From Callorhinchus milii (taxonomy: Eukaryota), in the NCBI RefSeq assembly GCF_018977255.1, contig NW_024704742.1, forward strand, positions 58,096,001-58,160,000: 64,000 nt of DNA. Reading direction: 5' to 3'. This document shows positions 24,901 to 64,000 of the stretch, one piece after another. The notes below the pieces were generated by a model that was not told the DNA's origin, ran no database searches, and saw nothing but the letters and a program-made list of their open reading frames with translations. The position numbers and the translations under genes are program-made. Within the stretch, counting starts at the first letter, position 1. Every line of letters starts with the position of its first letter.

Positions 24901-27900
24901 AACCATGGAGGTTGATGCTGCCAGAGCCTGAAGTGCTGAGGCGCTGGCGTGAGCCAATCAGGAGGGCCTCAGTCTTGTTCACATTCAACTGTAGGAAATT
25001 TGCCCTCATCCAGGACTTGATGTCCGACAGACAGTCTGTCAGGACAGCAGTGGTCCTGGAGTTGAGGGTGGAGACAGAAAGATATGGAAGTTGACCCCGT
25101 GTCTGCGGATGATGTCACCATGGGGGAGCATGTAGAGATTAAAGAGGAGAGGGCCAAGGACAGAGCCCTGGGGGGACACCAGACATGACAGTGCGGGGTC
25201 TGGAGGAGAAACCGTTAGAGGCAACAAAGTGGAGACTGTGAGAGAGATAGGAATCGAAACAGGCAAGGGCAGGTCCGCGAAGATTAAGTCAAGAGGAGAG
25301 GAGGTGTATAAGGATGGAGTGGTCAACAGTGTCGAAGGTGGCAGAGAGGTTGAGGAGGACAAGGAGGCAGAGGGAGCTCTGATCTCAGATGTTCAGAATG
25401 TCATTGTTACTTTGACCCGGGCTGTTTCCGTGCTGTGGGCAGCGCAAAAGCCGGAATGGAGGGGTTCAAAGAGGGAATGGCGAGAAAGAAAGGAGCAGAG
25501 CTGGGACGCGACAACTCGTTCCAGGACCTTGGAGAGGAATGGGAGGTTAGAGATGGGGCAGTAGCTGGAGAGGAGGGATGGGTCCAGGGAAGGTTTTTTC
25601 TGGATGGGAGTGATGACGGCTGTTTTTAGGGGGGTGGGAACTGAACCGGTGGACAAGGAGAGGTTGATGACGTTGGACAGTAGAGGGGTCAGAAGGTGGA
25701 GCTGGGAGATGAGGAGAGAGATGAGGATGGGATCGAGGGAGCAGGTGGTGGGTTTGAGTTAGAGAACAATCGCAGAGAGGGAGGAGGTAGAGATAGGGTC
25801 GAAGGAGTATAGGGGGGATGGGTGGGGTGTTGGTCATGAGGGAGAGGTAATGTGGGGGTGATGGTGGACGGGGCTGAGGTGGCTGAATGTATCCCCTCAA
25901 TTTTGGATTCAAGGAAGTCCAGCATCTCCTCACAGTTGGAGTTTGAGGAGAGGATGGGCGAGGCGTGGGAAGGTGGACGGAGGAGACGGTTTGTGGTGGA
26001 AAAGAGAAGCCTGGGGTTGTCCTTTGCCTCCAAGATAACCTTGGAGTAGAAGGAGGATTTGGTGGAGGAAAGAGCGCAGCGGTAGGTCTTGGTATGGTGA
26101 AGCCAAATCTGCTGATGAACCATAGTTTGGATTTGGTCCAGGCGCGTTCAGCAGCTCGCACTTGTGCCTTGAAGAAATGGAGGTGGCTGGTGTACCAGAG
26201 GGATTTACAGGAGTAAGAGGCAGTTTGGGAGGTGAGGGGGTCAAGGGAGTCCAGAATGGAGGAGAGGGAGTTGTGGAAAAACAAGAGTGAGGAGGGGAGA
26301 TCGGTCAGGGAGGGCCAGAGGTGTGGGAGTTCAGATGACTCCAGGGCAGTGGAGAGGGACAGGAAGGAAACTTTTTTCCATGGACATTATGTGATGGTGG
26401 AGGGTTGAGAAAGGGGAAGGGATATGGAGGTGCTGAAGGAGATGAAGTGGTGGTCCGAGATGGCTTTATCGATGATGGTGATGTCGGAGACGGTGAGGCC
26501 CCGGGTGATCACCAGGTCAAAGAAGTGGCCACAGTATTGGGGAGTGGATGAGGATGAAGAGATTAAGGGAAGAGAGGAGGGAAGATAAGTCAGCAGAGGT
26601 AGAGCAAGAGGGTGTGAAGTGGAGGTTGAAGTCGCCTAAGATTAGGAGGCGTGCAGAGCAGAGGGAGAGGGAAGATAGGAGGGTGGAGATGTCCGAGAGG
26701 AAGGTGGGGAAGGCTTGGGGGGTCAGTAAAGAAGGAGGATTTTGAAGGAAAACCTGGAGGGGTGGTAGAAAGTAAGGTGTTAAAGGAGGGGAAGGTTCCA
26801 GAGGAGAAAGGGGAAAGGCCTAGGGGGGACCAGGAGATGAGCGCCACACCACCGCCACAATGATTAGGCCATGGGGTTTGGTGAAAAGTGTAACCTGGAG
26901 GGTCAACTAGTGGGAAGGTGTCGCCTGGGGTGACCCAGGTTTTGGTGAGGGCGAGGAAATCAATATTTTTCAGTCTGACATCAGTGGTAGGGAAGATGGT
27001 ACTTAGAAGACCATAATATGATGAGGCAGAGTCAACATGGCTTTACAAAAGGAAAGTCATGCTTATCAAATCTTTTAGAGTTTTTGACGATGTAACTAGC
27101 AGGTTAGATAGGGTGGAGTAAACTCTAAGGATGACACAAAAAAATTGCAAAGGGATTATAGATAGGCTAGGTGAGTGGGCAAGAAGATGGCAGATGGAAT
27201 ATAATGTGGGGAAGTTTGAAGTTATTCACCTAGGTAGTAAAAGCAGAAAAGCAGATTATTTTCTAGAAGGGGAAAGATTAGATAGTGTTAGTGTTCAGAG
27301 GGATTTGGGTGTCCTTGTACATCAGTCACAAAAAGTTAATATGCAGGTACAGCAAGCAACTAGGAAGGCTAATGGCATGTTGGCATTTATTGCAAAAGGG
27401 TTAGAATACAAGAGCAGGGAATTCTTGCTGCAACTGTATAGGGCCTTGGTGAGACTTCCTAGAATACTGTGTGCAGTTTTGGTCTCCTTATTTAAGAAAG
27501 GACATACTTGCCTTAGAGGGGGTGCAGCATAAATTCACTAGGTTAGTTCCTGGGATGAGGGGGTTGACCTATGAGGATAGGTTGAGTAAACTAGGCCTAT
27601 ATTCTCTAGAATATAGAAGAATTAGGGGTGATCTTATAGAAACATACAAGATTCTTATAGGGCTTGACAGAGTAAACAGTGTGTCCCTGGTAGGAGAATC
27701 TAGAACTAGGGGTCACAGTCTTAGGATTAAGGGTCAGTCTTTTCGAACAGAATTGAGGAAACACTTCTTCACTCAGAGGGTGGTGAATTTATGGAATTCT
27801 CTACCCCAGAAGGCTGTAGATGCTCAGTTCTTGAACATACTCAAGACTGAGATTGATAGGTTTCTAAAGGATAGAGGGATTAAGGGATATGGGGATAAGG

Positions 27901-27998
27901 CGGCAGATGGAGTTAGGTTAAAAGATCAGCCATGATCTTATTGAATGGTGGGGCAGGCTTGAAGGGCCGAATGGCCTACTCATGCTCCTAATTCCTAT
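21920..27998 (+). mobile_element. Near full-length decayed CR1 LINE split by the L2 at 24142-26968
   Basis: ORF1 esterase motifs (IVIGD, LPGA, IHIGTND), APE motif LYLNARSI, RT C-terminus, and a 3' end CTCCTAATTCCTAT. Confidence 0.88.
24142..26968 (-). mobile_element. L2 LINE (mirror of 2980-5803)
   Basis: Mirrored ORFs; (AAC)n tail at 24142. Confidence 0.92.
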
Positions 27999-28356
27999 AA
28001 AAATACAAAGTATATACGTACACTTGAGAAGTACAGCAGAGGAAAGGAAAACAGTGGTAAGCTTGCCAATCAGTGTTCAAATTGGCAAGCTTCACGGTTG
28101 GGCTGGTTAAACTCCAGCAACATCCCAATGCACACACTGGAGTATTAAACCTTGACTCTTGCCAAACCTGCACCTAATACTTCCTGAAATTCAACGACCA
28201 AGGTACTACTGCTGGGGAGCCCACATTCCATTCCACAAATACGCTGATTATTTTCCTCATGTCTAAAGCATCTGATCAAAAAAAACATAATCAGATTGTT
28301 AGTTTATGCATTTTCTATATGCAAAAATACTTAAAAGATCCATTACAGGAATTTTT

Positions 28357-28694
28357 TTTATTGTGATCCACAATCTGAAATGAGTTACAGTATAGGTTAT
28401 ATAAACTTTACCGATCTGCTTTTTAATTCATAACGTTTGCTAATAGTTTAACAAAACTGACACTTAATTTTAGTTAAATACATGGAACTCAGAATTTAAC
28501 ATGGAATTTGTGCTCAAACATGAATTGCTGTAAAATATACATTACAGTTCATCATTAAATAGCATCTCAAGGGTGCACATTACAATGGCACATCCCCAAA
28601 TTGTGATCACTTATTCTGAACTATAAAACTCAAGTGAAGATCATGCAACAACTGAAAATAAACATTTAGTTCATTAATGCAAATAGAATTTATT
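28357..28694 (-). terminator. Candidate TRAPPC11 polyadenylation signals (AATAAA at 28689-28694 and 28357-28362)
   Basis: Minus-strand AATAAA hexamers in the AT-rich region after the stop codon. Which one is used cannot be told from sequence. Confidence 0.45.
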
Positions 28695-28898
28695 AATCAA
28701 ATCATTTTTGTTTCACTAAGGAAGAGTAACTTCAGGCTCAAGTCTTCATGTTTTCCTTTTATACGAGCATGAATGAATGCATCAATCAGAAAAATCTAAC
28801 TTGCAAATGTTGCAACTCAAACAGTGGGTTGGTTTTCCATTCTTTGCAGGTGCTGACATTTTACATGTTTTCAGCAAAATTGTTTCTTTCATCTTCAA

Positions 28899-58760
<29,862 letters not shown>

Positions 58761-59946
58761 TTAAACTTGACAACCTGAAATGCACAAGAAAGCAGAAAGT
58801 TAATTTATGTGAAAGTACAAGATTAATAATAATAGTAAATCTTTCATTTGGTACAGTGCTTGTTACGTGAGGAAGATGTCGCAAAAGTGCTTCACAGGAT
58901 ATATATTGAGTGACCAAGCATTTTGGGGGCAAACTAGTGGGCTTAAGTAAAGATAAGATTATTCTAGTGGTAAAGGTTAACATTCTTTAATTTGGCTGTG
59001 TTTCAAAACTACTGTTTTAGTATTAAGAATTTAACTTTATTGGATTTTTAGGTAGATGAAACAAGGAAGAAATCCATACATACAGACTTAAAAACAACTG
59101 AAATACAACAAAGTGACAAAGAAAAAGATACCATTACAACAAATTACATTTAGATAGCATTTATCCTAAATGTTAGCACAATCATCCACAAAGGGCAAGT
59201 AACTTCCTAGTTTTATTTAATCAAACTGAATGTTACAATTCTTGCTCCCAATAACTTGTCTGCCCCCTCCAAATCCTATCAATGACCAGGCTGGCTGGTC
59301 TGTCCTCAGCAGTATTCAAGAGCACTGTTAACCCGCCTGGCTCAGCAACCAGACAACTGAGACCGAAGCAAAGGCTTCTGATATTCCATTTCCAATCATG
59401 TCACCGTGGAACCATTTGAGCCGTAAGGAGATCTCGCTTACCTTTCCTCACAGGACAGTCACAAGTTAGTCATCAGAAATCTGACAAACACAATTCAGCG
59501 AGGACACCAGGATCAATACTTACTATTAACAAAAAAGTTCAGATCAGAGGCATAGTGCAGTTATCATTCAGCCAGCAATACACAGGAAACTCCTGATAAC
59601 TCGGCCCTGACTTAACTTGTCACTGCCACTTAAATCATCATGCGGTCAATATCTCGGTCTCATTTATGTATGTATTTATACATATGCTTAGCACACACAT
59701 AATAAATTGGCTGCACCATTTGGCCCACAAAACAGTCATCCACTTGACAGTACAGCATATCCTGTGAAAGCTTTGCTACGTCTCAACGCCATGATAAGCG
59801 ATATCAAACGCAAAGATTATTATTACTGTGATATGATAACATAATAACACACATTTGAGGATCCATAATTGTCCTGTGGCGAGGGTCAGCGGCACAGAAC
59901 AACCTTCTGCAGTAAATATTGAAATATAAAAACACTGACAGTGTAC

Positions 59947-60312
59947 AACCCCCTCCCCACTCCAACCCCCCCCTCCCCACTCCAACCCCTCCTTCCCCCT
60001 CCCCAACCCCTCCTCCCCACTCCAACCCCTCCTTCCCTACTCCAACCCCTCCTCCCCACTCCAACCCCTCCTTCCCCTCCAACCCCCCCACTCCAACCCC
60101 CCCACTCCAACCCCCCCCCCCACTCCAACCCCCCCCCCCCCCACTCCAACCCCCCCACTCCAACCCCCCCCACTCCAACCCCCCACTCCAACCCCCCCCA
60201 CTCCAACCCCCCCACTCCAACCCCCCCCACTCCCCAACCCCTCCTCCCCACTCCAACCCCCCCACTCCAACCCCCCCCACTCCAACCCCCCCCTCCTCCC
60301 CCACCCTCTCCT
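59947..60312. repeat. C-rich/G-rich minisatellite, (CnACTCCAAC)n
   Basis: Seen directly in sequence; G-runs lie on the minus strand. Confidence 0.95.
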
Positions 60313-60379
60313 CAACCAAAAACAACTGAGGTTCCCGACAAGATCAGGCCGGGGGAGGGAAGGGGCAGTCGGGAAGATC

Positions 60380-60730
60380 TCCTTCTCCCCTCCCCAGGGC
60401 TTGACCCCCCGCTCCCCCCCGCTGGCCCCCCCGCCCGGCCCCCGCCCCCCCGGGGGAAGCCGCTGTCAGTGCTGCACTGATCACTCACCGCTTCTCTCTC
60501 TCTCTCTCCGCTCAGCTGAGGCCGCCGTCGAAATCGCGCGCATGCGTACAGCCTCTCAGCCCCACTGGGATCTGCGCACGCGCTATCTCGCCACAGTGAC
60601 ACCCTTCCCTCCAAGGAAGGGGCGCGGCTATCAGTCTGCGTGTGATTGACAGCCCCACTGATCCAATGGGCCGGCAAGGCAGTGGGAAGGGGAGGAGGAG
60701 TGGCTCAAGCTCTTGGCTCCGCCCACGAGA
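60380..60730 (-). promoter_or_regulatory. TRAPPC11 CpG-rich promoter
   Basis: CpG-dense. NRF1-like GCGCATGCG (~60538-60546) and TGCGCACGCGC (~60573), CCAAT at ~60663, GC boxes. Confidence 0.7.
60489..60545 (-). other. TRAPPC11: TRAPPC11 non-coding exon 1 (5' end approximate)
   Basis: Strong donor GCG|gtgagt at 60489/60488 inside a CpG-rich promoter. The next exon has an acceptor at 58774, upstream of the ATG. Confidence 0.65.
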
Positions 60731-60799
60731 GGTCAGGTGACTGTAAGCAATGTGAGGTCACAATCAAAAGTCCCTGATGCTCCTTGTCAGCGACATGAC

Positions 60800-61548
60800 A
60801 CGTGTAAAGCGCTTCACACCAGGACCCGAGGCGCTGACACACAGAGTTACAGACCGGGGGGGGGGGCGAAGAGGAGGGTCTTGAGATGGGTCTTGAAGGA
60901 GGTGAGGGAGGGGATGAGGCGGAGGGACTGCAGAATGGAGGTCCCGAGGGTGGGGGCGGAGTGGCAGAGAAGGCCCCAATGCCAATGGTGAGCGGGTGAG
61001 GCGGGGGACCTGAAGCAGCCGGAGCCCACTGAGCGGAGGGAGCGAGCGGGATGGTAGGGGGTTAGGAGGTCGCAGAGGTAGGGGGGAGCGAGACCGCGGA
61101 GGGCTCAAAAGTGAGGACGAGGATCTTGAACTGTGTGATGTTGGGCGAGGATGGGGGTGATAGGGTCAGGGAGCCTGGTGAGGGAGAGGACATGGGCCAC
61201 AGATTTCTGGATGACCTGCAGCCTATGGAGGTGGGGAGGCTGACAAGCAGGAGTTTGCGTAGTCATGCATGCCTCGAGGGTTTCCACAGCCTGTGGGGCG
61301 AGGTGGTGGCGGAGCCGGGCAATGTTGCAGATGTGGGGGAAGGCAGAGCGGCTCATGGCACGGATGTGGGGTAGAAAGGACAGTTGAGGGTCAAACAAGA
61401 TGTCAAGTTTCCGGACTGGCCTCCTGCCCTCCCCGACCCCCACCCCCAGCTCGGGTCCGTAACTCTGTCTGTCCAGCCCCTTGGGACGTCCTCCCGAGGA
61501 GAAAAGCGCTTTACAAATGTCATGTTGTCGTGGTTGTCCTCTGGAGTT
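60800..61548. mobile_element. Back-to-back L2 fragments (- ~60800-61420, + ~61420-61548)
   Basis: ORF 61105-61443 carries L2 motifs; an L2 3' terminus faces outward at each end. Confidence 0.8.
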
Positions 61549-61619
61549 GCCTTATTATTATTATTATTATTGCCTTGAGGGGGGGGTGGGGGGAAAGGGG
61601 GCATTTTTGCTTTGAAAAG

Positions 61620-61820
61620 TGCATGTTGTGTCACGTGCTCAGAGGGGGCGGGGTCAAAAGACCTCGGCTGCCGATTGGCGGAACTCCCGGTCCACGTGGG
61701 CGTGGCCGGGAAAGGTCAGAGGGTGGAGGTGGAGGGTCAGCGGGTGTCACGGCAACAGCCCTGGGCATGGCGGCGGCTTAGCGGCGGCGCCCGAGAAATC
61801 TCCTCTCCCAGGACAGCAGC
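61620..61820 (+). promoter_or_regulatory. RWDD4 CpG-rich promoter / 5'UTR
   Basis: Two CACGTG E-boxes, a GGGGCGGGG Sp1 box, an inverted CCAAT (ATTGG), an X-box-like GTGTCACGGCAAC and a YY1-like ATGGCGGC upstream of the ATG. Confidence 0.7.
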
Positions 61821-61844
61821 ATGACGGCCAACGAGGATCAGGAG
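61821..61844 (+). CDS. RWDD4: RWD domain-containing protein 4, coding part of exon 1 (MTANEDQE); the rest lies beyond the window
   Basis: ATG ACG GCC AAC GAG GAT CAG GAG|gtggg matches the RWDD4 N-terminus MSANEDQE. It lies head-to-head with TRAPPC11, as in human. Confidence 0.85.
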
Positions 61845-61924
61845 GTGGGCTGTGGCTCAGATAGACAGCCTGAAAGGGGGGGGGGGGAGAGAAAAGGACA
61901 CAGAGAAGAAGGGGGGCGAGGGGT

Positions 61925-63965
61925 ATCGAGAGAATATATATATAGAGAGAGAGAGAATATATATTTATAGAGAGAGAAGGGTATAGGGAGAGAATATATA
62001 TATACAGAGAGAGAGAGAAGGGTATAGAGAATTATGTATATATCGAGAGAAGGGTATAGAGTAGATATGTAGAGAGAGAAGAGTATAGAGAGAATATATC
62101 TATATAGAGAGAAGGGTATAGAGAATATATATATAGAGAGAATGGTATAGAGAGAGAAGGGTATAGAGAATATATATATAGAGAGAGAAGGGTATAGAGA
62201 GAGAAGGGTATAGAGAGAGAAGGGTATAGAGAGTATATATTTATACAGAGAGAGAAGGGTATAGAGTATATATATAGAGAGAAGGGTATAGAGTATATAT
62301 ATAGAGAGAAGGGTATAGAGTATAGAATATATAGAGAGAATGGTATAGAGAGAATATATATAGAGAGAGAAGGGTATAGAGTATATATAGAGAGAAGGGT
62401 ATAGAGAGAATATATATATAGAGAGAAGGGTATAGAGAATTATATGTATATATAGAGAGAGAAGGGTATAGAGAGAGTATATATTTATATAGAGAGAGAA
62501 GGGTATAGAGTATATATAGAGATAGAATGGTATAGAGTATATATATAGAGAGAAGGGTATATAGAGAATATATAGAGAGAAGGGTGTAGAGAGAATATAT
62601 ACACATAGAGAGAAGGGTATAGAGTATATATATATAGAGAGAATATATATAGATAGAGAGAAGGGTATAGAGAATATATAGAGAGAGAAGGGTATGGAGA
62701 ATATGTATATATATAGAGAGAGAAGGGTATAGAGCGAATATATATATAGAGAGAGAGAAGGGTATGGAGCGAATATATAGAGAGAGAAAGATAGAGAATA
62801 TATATATAGAGAGAGGGAGAGAAAGGTATAGAGAGAATATATATTATATATAGAGAGAAAGGTATAGAGAATATATATAGAGAGAAGGCTATAGAGAGAA
62901 TATATATAAAGAGAGAAGGGTATAGAGAGAATATATATAGAGAGAGAGAAGGGTGTAGAGAGAATATGTACACATAGAGAGAGAAGGGTATAGAGTATAT
63001 ATATATAGAGACGGGTATAGAGAGAATATATATAGATAGAGAGAAGGGTATAGAGAGAATATATATAGAGAGAAGGATAGAGAGTATATATATATAGAGA
63101 GAGAGAAAGGTATAGAGAGAATATAATATATAGAGAGAAAGGAATAGAATATATATTATATAGAGAGAGAAAGGTATAGAGAATATATATACATAGAGAG
63201 AGAAAGGTATAGAGAGAATATATATATATAGAGAGGGAAAGATATAGAGAATATATATAGAGAGAGAAAGGTATAGAGATAATATATATACAGCGAGACA
63301 AAGGTAGAGAGAATATGTATATACAGAGAGAAGGGTATAGAGAGAATATATGTATATATAGAGAGAAGGGTATAGGGAGAATATATATGTGTATAGAGAG
63401 TGAGAAGGGTATATAGAGAGAATGTATATATACAGAGAGAATATAAGTGTATATATAGAGAGAGGGGTACAGAGAGAGAGTGAAAGGTACAGAGAGAATG
63501 TATATTATATATAGAGAGAAAGGTATAAAGAGAATATATATATACAGAGAGAGAAAGGTATAGAGAGAACATATACATATATACATATATATATAGAGAG
63601 AAAGGGGTAGAGATAATATATATAGACAGAGAGAAAGGCATAGAGAGAGTATATATTATACACATAGAGAATATATATAATAATTCTTGCATTTGATATA
63701 ACTATATATCTATATATCTCTTCACGTCTTCTAGACATCTCAAAACGCTTAACAGATATATATATAGAGAGAGAGAGACATAAAGGTGTGTTTATATATA
63801 TATACATTATATATTTTATTTATTATAATATGTAATATATAGTATATTTACATTTGTATAGCGCCTTTCACGTCAGGAGGACGTCCCAAGGCGCTGAGAC
63901 ATCTCAAAGCGCTTTATATATATATATAAATAGAGAGAGAGAGAAAAGTATAGAGAGAAAAGGTA
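61925..63965. repeat. ~30-bp degenerate satellite (AGAGAGAAGGGTATAGAGAGAATATATATAT)n in RWDD4 intron 1, with SINE tails near its end
   Basis: Seen directly in sequence. Confidence 0.95.
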
Positions 63966-64000
63966 TAATAATAATAATCCTTGCATTTGATATAGCGCTT

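Larger units (their letters stand above)
18178..27998. repeat. Right arm of large inverted duplication
   Basis: Same nested CR1/L2/minisatellite order as the left arm, in opposite orientation, with shared internal lesions. Confidence 0.97.

Noticed and set aside
21920..27998. Possible active or domesticated LINE ORFs
   Set aside because: All are broken by stops, frameshifts and deletions, and the RT catalytic region is damaged or missing.
59776..60480. Pro-rich and Gly/Trp-rich ORFs
   Set aside because: Minisatellite translations.
61838..63807. Long ORFs, up to 582 aa, rich in Y/I/L/S
   Set aside because: They are translations of a low-complexity satellite that happens to lack stop codons on the minus strand.

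Overview
Vertebrate genomic DNA, most likely from a cartilaginous fish and probably a chimaera. This is inferred from the CR1/L2 LINE content, the tRNA-headed L2-tailed SINEs and the protein divergence. Three genes are present. (1) A complete TRAPPC11 on the minus strand, with a non-coding exon 1 near 60489-60545 and 29 coding exons from 58751 to 28899. All junctions are GT-AG and the exons sum to 3402 nt (1133 aa + stop). (2) RWDD4 exon 1 (MTANEDQE, 61821-61844, +), head-to-head with TRAPPC11. (3) Coding exon 1 of an SLC22A4/5 (OCTN)-like transporter (12333-11968, -); its other exons are not in the window. The most striking structure is a 26.5-kb palindrome-like locus. Two ~9.5-kb inverted arms (1443-10861 and 18178-27998), built from nested decayed CR1/L2 pieces, enclose a 7.3-kb spacer holding the OCTN-like promoter region and exon 1. 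Arm identity is mosaic, with near-identical blocks next to clearly diverged blocks, which suggests arm-to-arm gene conversion. The inner junction is a patchwork of templated fragments. Other observations are a candidate U12 minor intron in TRAPPC11, a possible OCTN ohnolog lost in mammals, a short foamy-like RT fragment, an unclassified ~600-bp repeat seen only in TRAPPC11 introns, and an L2 pair inside the bidirectional promoter. All comparisons were made by eye; no identities or database hits were computed.
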